Positions 26,601-35,916 of a stretch of 55,118 bases of DNA are shown piece by piece; position 1 is the first letter of the stretch; each line of letters opens with the position of its first letter. The stretch covers positions 1 through 55,118 of IMG/VR virus record IMGVR_UViG_3300036925_000021; one strand, given 5' to 3'. A program made the translations under genes and the position numbers. The DNA comes from a virus. Its lineage: Duplodnaviria > Caudoviricetes. Under the pieces are notes generated by a model. It was not told the DNA's origin. It saw only the letters and a program-made list of their open reading frames with translations, and ran no database searches.

Positions 26601-28768
26601 TCGACGGGGTCGCGCACCACTTCGAGAAGGACTGGAGCGCGGCGATGAGCTTCGCCGTGACGGAGATCCTCAAGCGGGCGGACCTGGGGGGCGTCTCCGA
26701 CACGCTGAAGACGGTGATCCAAAACAGCAACGCCGGCTCGCTGGAGGAACTCACCCAGCACATTGACTTCGGGCGCTGGTACGAGCGGCTGGGCCTTGAG
26801 TCGGCCGCCGTTCAGTTCGTCAACGATCTGGAGGAGGAGGGCCGCAAGATCCGCCAGGCGATGGAACTGGGCCTCGATCCAGGCCCCATCGTCGAGGACT
26901 ACAAGCGCCGCTTCGAGGACGCCCGCAACGCGTTGCTGGGCATCCAGGTAGACCCCAAGCAGCAGCTTGCGGCCGAGATTGACTCCTGGAACCGCGAGCG
27001 CCAGCTCATGGAGTCGAAGCTCCGGATCGAGACGGCCAACAACAAGGCGCGCGCGGCGCTGCTGCGCAGCGAGGCCGAGCAGCTCCGCGCCAAGCTGCGG
27101 CTGGATGAGTCCCACCTGCAGATCCGCTACGACATGCTGGGGGCGGAGGTTTCCATCAACTCGGCAGAGTACGAGCTGCTTTCGGCAAAGATGGAGGCGC
27201 TGGCCGCCCTGGAGCAGGCGATCACGGTCGCTGAGGGCATACTGGCCTCGCTGCCGGCCCTGATCTCCGACGCCGAGAAGGCCGCGGCCGTCGCCCGGGC
27301 CGGCGCTGCGGCGAGCGGTAGGCAGCAGCGCGCGGAGCAGCGGGAGTCGATCCGCGGCGAGGTAGGGCGCTTCGGCATGGGAGGGGTTGCGGCGGAGGTA
27401 GATCAAGCCACCCAGTGGCTCCGCGACTTCGAGCAGGGGGTTCATGACGCGGGCTTCGCCGCCGAGGAGGCCGCCGCGGTCATGGCCGCCGCCGCCGGCG
27501 AGCTGGAGCGACGGATGGCCGAGATCAAGGAGCGTGTCCTGGGTGAGGTCGGCGACTTCCTAAACTGGGACAAGCCGCTGCTCGGTTCCCTCGACGACGT
27601 GACCGACCGCGCTCTGGCTCTGAAGAAAGATCTCCGCGACCTCAAGAGGGCCGGGGAGCTGGGAAGCGCCGAGTTCGACCGCTTGGCCAAGGCGGTGACG
27701 GCAGCGGCGATGGCGCAGCGTCGGGCCGCCATCGAGGGCGCGGCCAACAATCTCCTCGGCCAACTCTACGACCTCCTTGGAATGGAGGAGGAGTCCCGCC
27801 AACTGCGCTGGGAGCTGACCGTCGCGGAGCTCCAGATCAAGCGCGAGGAACTGGCGATCGCCATCGCCAAGTACCACCTGGAGGCGGACGTCCTCGCAAA
27901 GATCGACGAGCTGATCGGCAAGGTGGTGGCGGCCGGCCCGGACCTCTTCAAGCCCGGCGGCGGCGGCTCGGCTGGCAGCTACCGGAGCAGTCGCTCCAGC
28001 GCGATCTCGTCGGTGCTGGCAGACCGCCAGCGCGCCCTCGACCTGCTCAAGGAATGGCGCGCCCAGCTTCTCGGCGCCGCCCGCGGCGAGCTGCGGGACA
28101 TCGTCTCCCGGTTTGAGGACATCAACGAGGTGCTCGGCGAAACGCCGGAGCTGCTGGCGACGTACCGCCTCGCCCTGGAGCAGTTCACCGACCAGCTCCT
28201 GGAGGGCGTTCGAGATCTTCGCCGCCGCCTGCACGAGGGTGAGTTCGGGGGGGTCGCCCCGCGCCGCCAGCTTGTCGACGCCCGGCAGGCGTTCCTCGAC
28301 CAAGCCCAGGCCGCCATTGGCGGGGACCTGGACGCAATCGAAGGGCTGCCGGATCTCGCGGAGCACCTTCTGAGCCTCGCCCGCGAGTACTTCGCTGGCT
28401 CGCTCGGCTTCCGCCAGATTTTCGAGCTCGTTGATGCGGTCCTCGCCAAGGTCGAGGAAGCGACGCCCGGAAACGTGGACACCGCGGCGGCCGACGAGCT
28501 GGACGCCGAGCGGCGGGAGCGCATGGTCACGGCCGGGGATCGGGTCGTCGAGGCTTCCGTCGCCCGGGCGGCCGTCGACATCTCCGGCGCCGTCCGCAAC
28601 GCCGGGGAGGAGCAAACCCTCGCGCTTGACCGCCTCGGCGCGGAGGTGCGCGGTTTGCAGGTCCAGGTCAAGGCCCAGGCGGATGGGCTTGCGGCGCAGC
28701 AGGGCTCCCTGGCCCGCGTGGCGACCACGACGGAGTCCCTGGTGATCCAGCTGGGGCGGCGGGCATGA
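23612..28768 (+). CDS. tape measure protein (1718 aa)
   Basis: TP901-type N-terminal core, Ala/Leu helical composition, hydrophobic segments. Confidence 0.92.
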   Translation: MQQELAVHATLRAQGFTAGAKQIQRDSGGVDRASKKAAKSVGLMGTALKRLVQLAAAGGLAVLISQAVQLGTHFDTSLTRINTLVGVAREQVTGWRGELLQLAGEVGRGPTELADALYVVTSAGQRGAEALQIVEQAGKAAAIGLGETREIARAVTAAMNAYGKEVLSASNATDVLVATVREGNLEASDLAPVLGRIVGLASQLGISFQEVGGFIATFTRLGVRADEAVTALRGTMSSLLGPTKAQEDALGQVSMSMADLKAQIREKGLARTLVDLVAAFKGNEDALAAIIPNVRALSGILGTAGSQGEEFIAIERSIADAMGSITEEAFALTQADPAQVFARMRAEIETAKIKITEGLLPVLADAARGVQAWVQDNEDLIAGLGQLLGVLGHLVGALLSVRELVYAIIAMAFARWLLAVAAASQVSALATLDLAGALAATRAGYGKLVALNIASQFQAWAAATGALNLALSVGLVGAIVAVGVALNHLIKKWGEASEAAMRYERQASEVLGVIGQLQHARLTKTPVDPALWVEATNRVHALSTELQAAQKKLDGLRAGPRVEGSGSLISDAQARVEDLDRRLGLLRKTMTQLRQAGLKPTFEELQKWANRAAGGGGSGGGAGGVAGLTKRLEELKAITERYGSSVEDLDEMRQHTRALEQAFVGWRDVLVEIPGEGQRIVQAFDDLDLDIIAKAVELGLDPVKALTGEVDELGVSVRSVVLDAIQLERELESMGKDYEISITLTETVAGQRAPDRLEVPSLTFPVTFDLSQEELDALTAQYRDHVQKQNWKSIYTSMANGLQDSLGRAFESIFTKGMVGFRDFFKDISRLGLNIMSQYLAAELSNMLQRQMAQAGSLQAFLGTGVGGLATLGIVGATVAGANNQGYAALGAALGAAIGTWVFPALGTELGAIVGAWLGSMVKRGSPEFFGQVEAEMGKIKITTSNLGGGSAKVGNALLDPLTKLLDDVLDNLGAELLNLAGGIDLRMKEDWAVVFVDGVAHHFEKDWSAAMSFAVTEILKRADLGGVSDTLKTVIQNSNAGSLEELTQHIDFGRWYERLGLESAAVQFVNDLEEEGRKIRQAMELGLDPGPIVEDYKRRFEDARNALLGIQVDPKQQLAAEIDSWNRERQLMESKLRIETANNKARAALLRSEAEQLRAKLRLDESHLQIRYDMLGAEVSINSAEYELLSAKMEALAALEQAITVAEGILASLPALISDAEKAAAVARAGAAASGRQQRAEQRESIRGEVGRFGMGGVAAEVDQATQWLRDFEQGVHDAGFAAEEAAAVMAAAAGELERRMAEIKERVLGEVGDFLNWDKPLLGSLDDVTDRALALKKDLRDLKRAGELGSAEFDRLAKAVTAAAMAQRRAAIEGAANNLLGQLYDLLGMEEESRQLRWELTVAELQIKREELAIAIAKYHLEADVLAKIDELIGKVVAAGPDLFKPGGGGSAGSYRSSRSSAISSVLADRQRALDLLKEWRAQLLGAARGELRDIVSRFEDINEVLGETPELLATYRLALEQFTDQLLEGVRDLRRRLHEGEFGGVAPRRQLVDARQAFLDQAQAAIGGDLDAIEGLPDLAEHLLSLAREYFAGSLGFRQIFELVDAVLAKVEEATPGNVDTAAADELDAERRERMVTAGDRVVEASVARAAVDISGAVRNAGEEQTLALDRLGAEVRGLQVQVKAQADGLAAQQGSLARVATTTESLVIQLGRRA

Positions 28769-31599
28769 ACGGGCCGTGGGGGGCGTGGGCATGGGGGGCG
28801 GCGGCACCCTTCGACGACAGCGCGGGTTCGGCGCTGGCCAACCTGCTCGCGACGCCGACGCAGCGCACCTGGCTCCTGACCGCGTACCCACGAACCTATC
28901 CCGCCGGCTCTGAGGTCGAGGTCCGGATCGCGGACATCGGCTTCTGGTCCCAGCCCACCGACACCCCGGCCAACAAGCTGTGGCACACCGGCCTGCAGCA
29001 GCCGTACGCCTTCAAGCTCGACCTGATGCCCAACGGCAAGGTCGTGGGCATCGCGCCACCGCGCCCTGGGGACGTCACCATCGCCAACCCCAACGGGGAG
29101 TTCGACTACCTACTCGACTTGGAGTGGGCCGGCGCCCGCATGGAGGTCCGCCTGGGGGACGGTAGCCTGGAAGCCCGCGCGCCGTACGGCTCCTTTGGCC
29201 CTGTCCTGATCGGCAACGCCGCCGGCATCACGGGCAGCGCCGTCGAAATCCGGATCGCCCTTGAGGGTGCGTTGCAAGCCCTCGACGAGCCGCACCAAGA
29301 TGCCCTTTACCTGGGGCTCGGCGAGGCCCTGCGAATGGATGGGGTGGACGACCACATCGACGTTGCCGGTGATGGCTTCAACGTTGGCTCCGAGCAGTCG
29401 TTTTTTCTGATGGTGCGGTTTCGGGCGGATCCCGGCCGTGCGGGCCAGCAAGAGGTGCTTGCCGCCAAGCGCACCACCTCGACCGGGTGGATGCTTTGGC
29501 TCAGCACGGTCGGCAACCTGGTGTTTACAACCGACGACGGCGTGACGGGGCAAAACTTGACCGGCTCCCGCGACCTTCGAGACGGCGAGATTCATAGCGC
29601 GCTGGCCGTGCTGGACAGATCGGGCGCGGTCCATTTTGCGAAGACCTACGCGGACGGGGAAGCGGAGGCCGGCCCCGCGAACCGCGACGGGCTAGGCTCG
29701 CTCGTAAACACCCATGCGTTTCGGGCCGGAGCGCGCTCAGACGGGGCGCTGTTCTTCAAGGGGGACATGGTGGAGTTGGCCTTCGGCTTTCGCCCGGTTT
29801 CCGCCGAGGAGGTTCTCGCGTGGTTGGGTCGGCCGCTTGACGCAGCTTCGGACGACTGCTACGTGTACGACTGCAACGAAGCGCTGGGCGCCGTGCTCAA
29901 CTGCGCGCCGCCGGAGCTGGGCCTCGACGTTGGCCTGCTCTGCGACGGCGTGGACGATTTAGTTCTGGCGCCCGACGATGACTCGCTGGATTGCCAGGAT
30001 GCCGACCTCCCCCTGCGGCTCCGCGTTGCGGGTGGCCGCACCGCCAGCAGCGGCGATGGCTACCAGACCCTCGCCCAAAAGTTCTTCAACTATCGGCTTG
30101 CGTACGCGACCGACTCCGTCCGGCTCACCTACTTTTCGGACGACGGCACTGCGTACAGCTGGACCTGGAACGGCTTTGGCGAGATGCTCGTCTGGCATGA
30201 CTTCGATGCCACCCTTTTTTCCCTAGCCTCGAACGGCTGCACGCTGCACGTCGACGGGGTCGATCTCGGGGCCGCGGACAGTTACACGGCGACGGGGGGC
30301 GTCGGGCGGAATCTCAACAACGGATTCAGCGTCGGGAGCGACAACAGCGGCGCTTTTCAAAGACGCTACGGGCCGACCTGGCTTGCGCAGGTCTGGATCG
30401 CCGGGGTCCTGGTCCTCGACTGGCCGATCGACGAAAACACCGGCGGCACCGTCGCGGATCTCTCCGGCCACGGCAACGACGGAACAATCACCGGGGCAAC
30501 CTGGATCGATCGCCACGCGGCGATCACCGGGGCAACCTGGGCGACGAGCTACGAGGGGCCGGAAGTGCTGGTGGGCAAGAGCAAGCCGTTCGGCTACGGC
30601 GGCCCGATAGAGGAGACGGCGCCCATTCTTCTCTCGGCGCAGCTCCAAATCTACCAGTTGCACGGTGGATCGATGGGCGGGCTGCTGCTGCTGGAGGACA
30701 GCGGGCAGGCCTTGACGCCCACCACGGATACGGCGGACCTGGTCACTGTCGCCGGCCTCGCCAGTGACGAATATGCGACCGACCTTGCCCGTGGGCTGCT
30801 GCGCCTGGGCGACAAGCCAGCGGGCAAGCTGACTGCCACCTGGCTCGGCGACAACGCCGGGGGCTGGACCGGCGATCGCTTCGAGATTATCCAGCGCATC
30901 GCTTTGCGGTGCGGTTTGACGGAAGCGCAGATTGATGCAACGAGCTTCGCGGCAGCGCAGGCCGCCGACGTCGCCGGCGACGTCCAGATCTACACCGGCC
31001 TGGAGGTGGTCCACGCAGCCCAGCTGATCGGCCAGCTGGCGGAGCCCGACGCCAGCGTGACGGCGGACCGGCTTGGCATCCTTCGCGTGGTGGTCTGGGA
31101 GCCCCCCGAGGATCTCGTCGCCATTCGAACGCTGACCGACGACGATGTGGATCTCGACGGCTACCGTCTGCTTCGAAGCGAGGACCCGACCTACCTCTGG
31201 CGGATCGGCTACGCTCGGTACTACACCACCCAGGACGAGGGGGAGGTCGCCACCGGTGTCTCGGCAGCGAGGCGCCAGCAGCTCCAGGAAACGTGGCGCT
31301 ATGCGATCTACCGGGACAGCGCCCTCAAGGCTGCGCTCCCCCGGGCGCAAACGCAGACGGTCCCCACCCAGCTCACCACCCGCGCGGCGGCCGTCCGCAT
31401 GGGAATCAAGATGGCGGCCCTACTCGGCCGGCCACGGCGCTTCGAAAGCCTCGGCGTGCCGGAGACTACTGGCCTCTACTTCGCTGGCGATCCGCTGGCA
31501 ACCGCGCTGAGCCGCTACAATCTGAGCAACGGCAAGATCATTGTCACCGGCGTCGACGAGGATTCGAGCGGCGACGTGAACTTCATCGTCCTACGGTAA
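28765..31599 (+). CDS. tail tip/hub protein with two LamG (concanavalin-like) domains
   Basis: two DGVDD starts, FFKGDMVEL, WPIDENTG..V.DLSGHGNDGTITGATW; EGPE..GKSKP..YG hub motif. Confidence 0.78.
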   Translation: MNGPWGAWAWGAAAPFDDSAGSALANLLATPTQRTWLLTAYPRTYPAGSEVEVRIADIGFWSQPTDTPANKLWHTGLQQPYAFKLDLMPNGKVVGIAPPRPGDVTIANPNGEFDYLLDLEWAGARMEVRLGDGSLEARAPYGSFGPVLIGNAAGITGSAVEIRIALEGALQALDEPHQDALYLGLGEALRMDGVDDHIDVAGDGFNVGSEQSFFLMVRFRADPGRAGQQEVLAAKRTTSTGWMLWLSTVGNLVFTTDDGVTGQNLTGSRDLRDGEIHSALAVLDRSGAVHFAKTYADGEAEAGPANRDGLGSLVNTHAFRAGARSDGALFFKGDMVELAFGFRPVSAEEVLAWLGRPLDAASDDCYVYDCNEALGAVLNCAPPELGLDVGLLCDGVDDLVLAPDDDSLDCQDADLPLRLRVAGGRTASSGDGYQTLAQKFFNYRLAYATDSVRLTYFSDDGTAYSWTWNGFGEMLVWHDFDATLFSLASNGCTLHVDGVDLGAADSYTATGGVGRNLNNGFSVGSDNSGAFQRRYGPTWLAQVWIAGVLVLDWPIDENTGGTVADLSGHGNDGTITGATWIDRHAAITGATWATSYEGPEVLVGKSKPFGYGGPIEETAPILLSAQLQIYQLHGGSMGGLLLLEDSGQALTPTTDTADLVTVAGLASDEYATDLARGLLRLGDKPAGKLTATWLGDNAGGWTGDRFEIIQRIALRCGLTEAQIDATSFAAAQAADVAGDVQIYTGLEVVHAAQLIGQLAEPDASVTADRLGILRVVVWEPPEDLVAIRTLTDDDVDLDGYRLLRSEDPTYLWRIGYARYYTTQDEGEVATGVSAARRQQLQETWRYAIYRDSALKAALPRAQTQTVPTQLTTRAAAVRMGIKMAALLGRPRRFESLGVPETTGLYFAGDPLATALSRYNLSNGKIIVTGVDEDSSGDVNFIVLR

Positions 31600-31613
31600 G
31601 GGGGCCGAACCGC

Positions 31614-32447
31614 ATGGGAGTCGTCATCGCCTCACCAGCTAGCATCGAGGCCGCCGCCAGCTTCGCGTGGGTGGGCTCTGAGGCGCCAGGCCTGCCCGCC
31701 ACAAACCTGCTGGACCTCCAGCCGCGCCACCCTTGGTACGCGCCCGACGAGGGCAGCGCGGCCTTCGTCATCAACCTGGGGAGCGCGCTGGCCATGCGGG
31801 TGCTCTGGCTGGGGTACATCACGGATGGCGGCACTGGCGCCGCGGGGGCGGACGTCCAGATCCAGTGGCGCGCCGACGCGAGCTCGTCGACGCTGATCAA
31901 CACACCGGCCGCGGCGGCGTACAACGCCGGCGTCGTCGACCTCTGGCCCCAGGCCGGCCTCGCCTCCCGGCCCTTCGTGCACTCCATCGTTTACCTGCCT
32001 GCGGCGCAGACCTACCAGTTCTGGCGCTGCGACATCACCGAACTCGCCAGCGGCGCCGGCTTTCGCGCCGGCGTCCTCGTCATGGACGCCGGCCTGCCGC
32101 TCAGCCGCAAGATCGACTGGGGGGCGGGGGCGGACATCGAGGAGTACGCCGGCGGCGACCGCAAGCTTTTGGGGGGAGCCCGCATCCCGCGGCGCGGGGC
32201 GCGGGCGCGGGTTCACACGGGCACCGTCTCGCACCTCCTCGGTGATGAGTGGGACGAGCTGGAGGCCCTCTACTACGCGCGGGGGCGCTCGCAGTCGGTG
32301 CTCATGCTCGACGACCCGGAGGCACCCACGCGCCAGGCGGCCAGAATGCACTACGGGACCTTCCGGCGCTGCAGGGGCACCGGGATTCCCAAGACCACAC
32401 CGCCGAAGTACCGCGTCGACATCGAGGTGGAGGAGCTACCTATATGA
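31614..32447 (+). CDS. minor tail protein
   Basis: LPATNLLD.QP..PW, YQFWRCDI; synteny. Confidence 0.65.
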   Translation: MGVVIASPASIEAAASFAWVGSEAPGLPATNLLDLQPRHPWYAPDEGSAAFVINLGSALAMRVLWLGYITDGGTGAAGADVQIQWRADASSSTLINTPAAAAYNAGVVDLWPQAGLASRPFVHSIVYLPAAQTYQFWRCDITELASGAGFRAGVLVMDAGLPLSRKIDWGAGADIEEYAGGDRKLLGGARIPRRGARARVHTGTVSHLLGDEWDELEALYYARGRSQSVLMLDDPEAPTRQAARMHYGTFRRCRGTGIPKTTPPKYRVDIEVEELPI

Positions 32448-33352
32448 CCATCAACGCCCACGGGCTGATCGCGCAGACCAGCACCACCACCGGCGCCGAC
32501 CCGTACAAGCTCACCGGCGTCATCACGGACTTCGGGCTGCCGGGCCTGCGCTTCCGCGACGTCTTCGCCGATGGCACGACGGACATCCCGGTCCACGTCT
32601 ACAGCGAGGACGGATGGGAGTACGGCTACGCCACCCTCGACTACGGCGCCACCGCCCCCGAAGACACGCTGACGATGACCAGCTTCGTCAGCACCAGCAA
32701 CGGCGGCGGCAAGGTGAGCTGGGCGACGGCTGGCCCGCGCAACATCGTGCTGCAGGTGCCGGTCGAGCACATCATGGTCAAGGCGGACAACCTTGCCGGC
32801 CTGGCCAGCGCCCCGGCAGCGCGGGGCAACCTTGGCTCGACGACGGTGGGGGATGCCGTGTTTACCGCCGCCGATACTGATGCGGGCCGGGCGGCGCTGG
32901 GAGCTACCGCGGTCGGGGATGCGCTGCTCACGGCGGCCGACGCCGCCGCCGGCCGAGCGGCCATCAGCGCGCAGGCCGCGGGGAGCTACGCCAACGCGTC
33001 GCACGAACACAGCCGGGTAGTGGTGTCCAGCGGGCAGTCGGGGGGCACGACAGGGCGCGTCGTCCGCGTGAGCGCTGCCGATACGTGGGCGGATGCCGTC
33101 AGCAGCGACACCGCCGCGCAGCTCGCGCGGCTGGCATTCAAGCAGGCCAGTGGCGTCTACGTCATCGAGGGCCTGATCACCGGCCTGTCTGGCCGCACAG
33201 TAGGAGCAACGCAATTTCTCTCCAACGTCCCCAGCAGCCAGTTCACCGAGGCGCCACCGACGCTTCCGGGCTCCCTGCGACGCGTTCCCCTGGGCGTCGC
33301 GCTGAGCGCCACCACGGTGCTCTTCCACCCGGGCCTGGTGATCGGGAGCTGA
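32444..33352 (+). CDS. tail fibre-like protein
   Basis: QTSTTTG...WEYG N-terminus; repeated LG.T.VGDA..TAAD..AGRAA units. Confidence 0.7.
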   Translation: MTINAHGLIAQTSTTTGADPYKLTGVITDFGLPGLRFRDVFADGTTDIPVHVYSEDGWEYGYATLDYGATAPEDTLTMTSFVSTSNGGGKVSWATAGPRNIVLQVPVEHIMVKADNLAGLASAPAARGNLGSTTVGDAVFTAADTDAGRAALGATAVGDALLTAADAAAGRAAISAQAAGSYANASHEHSRVVVSSGQSGGTTGRVVRVSAADTWADAVSSDTAAQLARLAFKQASGVYVIEGLITGLSGRTVGATQFLSNVPSSQFTEAPPTLPGSLRRVPLGVALSATTVLFHPGLVIGS

Positions 33353-33356
33353 GACC

Positions 33357-33983
33357 ATGACGCAGGAAGCCTACGCCTCCTCGGACATCGCGACCGGGTC
33401 CTGGGTCCGAAGCACCGGGAGCGGGTCCTGGTTTTCGCACATCAACAGCGGCCTCAACACGATCTATCTTTCCTACGCCGACGCTGGCGAAACCATCGGC
33501 GAGTGGGGGACGCCGCTCGAAACCCCCTCGGAGCTGGTGAGCTATGTGCGGCTCGTCGTCCAGGTCAAGGCGACCGGCACCTTTGGCCGAGGCTTTCGCG
33601 TCTCCCTGTACGAGGGGGCCACGCTCCGCGTCAGTGAGCAGGACCTCTCGCCTGGAACCATCGGCGCCTGGCAGTTCGTGACCTATGACCTCAGCGGCGC
33701 CGAGAAGGGGTCGATTGGGGACTGGGCGGATCTTTCCATGCGGGTGCGGGTTCCATCCACCGGCATTGCGGGCACGGCCTTTTTGGCCTCGGCCTACATC
33801 CTGGCGCCGGACGCCGGCTTCGAGCACCTCGACGTCGGCAGCGGCCTCGCCCTGTTGGTGGTCGGCGCCGGCAGTGGGCACTACCTGGTGCCGGACGGGG
33901 GGGGACTGAAGCGGATTGCGGGAGGGGAGGTTGCCGGCGCCCTGGTTCTGGACGCCGGCGGGAACGTCATCGTGCGGAGCTAG
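33357..33983 (+). CDS. putative tail fibre/receptor-binding accessory protein
   Basis: beta-rich ORF ending the tail operon. Confidence 0.5.
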   Translation: MTQEAYASSDIATGSWVRSTGSGSWFSHINSGLNTIYLSYADAGETIGEWGTPLETPSELVSYVRLVVQVKATGTFGRGFRVSLYEGATLRVSEQDLSPGTIGAWQFVTYDLSGAEKGSIGDWADLSMRVRVPSTGIAGTAFLASAYILAPDAGFEHLDVGSGLALLVVGAGSGHYLVPDGGGLKRIAGGEVAGALVLDAGGNVIVRS

Positions 33984-34302
33984 GCTGGCGGCCGTTGCAG
34001 CGCGCGAACCGCTGGAGATCCATGCTGCCGGCAAAGGCGCCGGCCGCCGGCTGGTAGGGCTCATCCGGCCAGGCGTACGTGTACGGCGCAGGACACACCG
34101 CACAATCGAACCAGGCCTCGATCCTGACGGTGCATCGAAACTCGGTGCAGACGCGGTACTCGCACGTGAGCGTCCCGGTGGCCTGGTCGCACGCCACCTG
34201 CTGCGGGCCGCCAAGAGCCGGCCCACAGCAGGTGGTCGCGAAGCTCTGACTTGCGGCGGCGAACATCAGGAGCGTGGCGAGGGAAATGATCAGTCGGTGC
34301 AT
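33967..34302 (-). CDS. secreted Cys-rich protein (9 Cys)
   Basis: signal peptide MHRLIISLATLLMFAAASQSFA; AGAAAGGAA RBS. Confidence 0.72.
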   Translation of the reverse strand: MHRLIISLATLLMFAAASQSFATTCCGPALGGPQQVACDQATGTLTCEYRVCTEFRCTVRIEAWFDCAVCPAPYTYAWPDEPYQPAAGAFAGSMDLQRFARCNGRQPSSAR

Positions 34303-34317
34303 GGGTTGGGTTCCTTT

Positions 34318-34635
34318 CTACTGGTGGAAGTAGATCGTGAGTATGTCGCGGATGACGCGCGATCGCGACACCCGCAGGGGTCGGGCCTCCACCTCCTCAT
34401 CGATCCGCTTGCGCAGCTCGCGGGTGAGGTAGACGCCCACCTTGTTCTGATCGGACGGCACGGGCGGTCGCCGCGGCGGTGCCTTCTCGGCGGCGATCCG
34501 CTCGAGGCGGGCCAGCTTCCCCTGCTCGCGGCGCCGGCGGTCCGCGCTGCGATGGGTGTCGCAACAGTACTTCGCCGACGCCCGCTTCGAGCGCAGGGAT
34601 TTTCCGCACCACAGGCACTCGCCACGGTTCGGCAC
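34318..34635 (-). CDS. zinc-finger plus ribbon-helix-helix regulator
   Basis: CLWCG...YCCDTH; KVGVYLTRELRKRID...SRSRVIRDIL (CopG-like). Confidence 0.75.
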   Translation of the reverse strand: MPNRGECLWCGKSLRSKRASAKYCCDTHRSADRRRREQGKLARLERIAAEKAPPRRPPVPSDQNKVGVYLTRELRKRIDEEVEARPLRVSRSRVIRDILTIYFHQ

Positions 34636-34775
34636 GGGCGGTCATACCCCTTTCCGTGCCGCACGGCTTCTGAGGCCACCAGAGGCGCGAGAGGGGGTGA
34701 TTTTCCGGGGACCACATCCCACGATGCCGGCCTGGCGGCGGTGGGGTGCTTGGCGGCGCCCAATCAGCAGGAGCG

Positions 34776-35147
34776 TCACCGGTAGGTCCCCCTGCAGATC
34801 TCGCCGCCCTCTTCGCGCCCGCAGGGCTCCCCCGCCTTCGCGCCGCTGCCCTCATCGCCGCAGGCGTCGCACACGGGCAGCCGGGGCGGCCCGCCTCCAG
34901 TCGGTGCCGCTTTCGGCTCTGGTTCTCTCGGTGCCTCCCGCACAGGTCGGTCCGCCAGGAAGACCTCCACGAGCGCGGTGCCGCGATTCGTCCCGCGGAG
35001 GCGCCGGCGAACGCGGTACGGCCTGCCATCAACCTCGATCTCGCTCAGCCCCTTGTAGTCCCGGTGGATGCGGCCCCAATCGGCGGCGGTGATGTGGTCC
35101 TGCGGGTCCGTGACCGGACGGTTGAGGATTGGCCTACTTATCTTCAT
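34776..35147 (-). CDS. hypothetical protein with C-terminal Zn ribbon
   Basis: first gene after the conserved promoter; WGRIHRDYKG motif; CDACG..CG..CRG. Confidence 0.7.
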   Translation of the reverse strand: MKISRPILNRPVTDPQDHITAADWGRIHRDYKGLSEIEVDGRPYRVRRRLRGTNRGTALVEVFLADRPVREAPREPEPKAAPTGGGPPRLPVCDACGDEGSGAKAGEPCGREEGGEICRGTYR

Positions 35148-35196
35148 CGCTTGCCCTTTCCAGGTGGCCAGCCGGGCTGATTCCCGGCTCGCCCTT

Positions 35197-35225
35197 ATTA
35201 TAAGTTATAACGCAGCGCACTGCAA
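35197..35225 (-). promoter_or_regulatory. sigma70-type promoter with palindromic operator, copy 2
   Basis: minus strand TTGCAGtgcgctgcgTTATAACTTATAAT (17-nt spacer). Confidence 0.85.
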
Positions 35226-35291
35226 ATGGCCTTCTCGCAATCCGTACGGATCGCCTGGCAGCTTCCACCCTGCCGCGCATAGCCTTTTGTC

Positions 35292-35801
35292 GTGCGCCGA
35301 TTCGCGAGGCTGGTCTGGAACCGCGACGAGTTTGACCACGGGCTGCTGCTGCTGGCGGTTGCCATCAGCTTGTGGCCGGGCTGGCTGGAGTTCGGGGTCG
35401 CCGCCCTGGTCGCGCTCGGCCAGCTCACCCTCTCCCTCGTCCCGTGGTCGCGCCAGCCGCTGCTCGTTGCCCGGGCCAGGGTCGCCCTTCCCGCCCTTGC
35501 CTCCGGCCTGTGGACCTTCATCTTCATCTCCGTACAACGGGCCGGCGCCGCGGCCGGACCCTGGGGGCTGGCCTGGGGGCGGGGTGTCGGGCCAGTTGAT
35601 ACCCCTCATCTACGGCGCAGCGATCACCGGCCTTCTCAGCACCTTCGGCTGGATCTTCGTGCGCTGGTTTCGGCGCGGCGAGGGCGAAGCGGCCTATCGC
35701 CAGGCCGAGCTCGCCGCGGCAAGCGCCTTCCGCCAAGAGCTGGAGGCCCACCTGGCGAAGACGTGGGGCCGCCTGGAGCGGGAGCAGTCGGAGCTGGATG
35801 A
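35292..35801 (+). CDS. membrane protein, holin candidate (3' end overlaps the next gene; uncertain)
   Basis: about three hydrophobic segments in the N-terminal 95 aa. Confidence 0.45.
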   Translation: MRRFARLVWNRDEFDHGLLLLAVAISLWPGWLEFGVAALVALGQLTLSLVPWSRQPLLVARARVALPALASGLWTFIFISVQRAGAAAGPWGLAWGRGVGPVDTPHLRRSDHRPSQHLRLDLRALVSARRGRSGLSPGRARRGKRLPPRAGGPPGEDVGPPGAGAVGAG

Positions 35802-35916
35802 ATGCCGGCAACGAGTGGGCGAGGTGAGAAGCGCTTTGCGCCAGTGCGAGGCGGAAAAGGCGCGACTGGATGCCGAGATCGGCTTCCTGAACCAGGAGCT
35901 GGAGGCGCAGCGATGA
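35584..35916 (+). CDS. single-TM coiled-coil protein, holin-like
   Basis: LIPLIYGAAITGLLSTFGWIFV then heptad coil; ATGA overlap with the amidase. Confidence 0.6.
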   Translation: MSGQLIPLIYGAAITGLLSTFGWIFVRWFRRGEGEAAYRQAELAAASAFRQELEAHLAKTWGRLEREQSELDECRQRVGEVRSALRQCEAEKARLDAEIGFLNQELEAQR

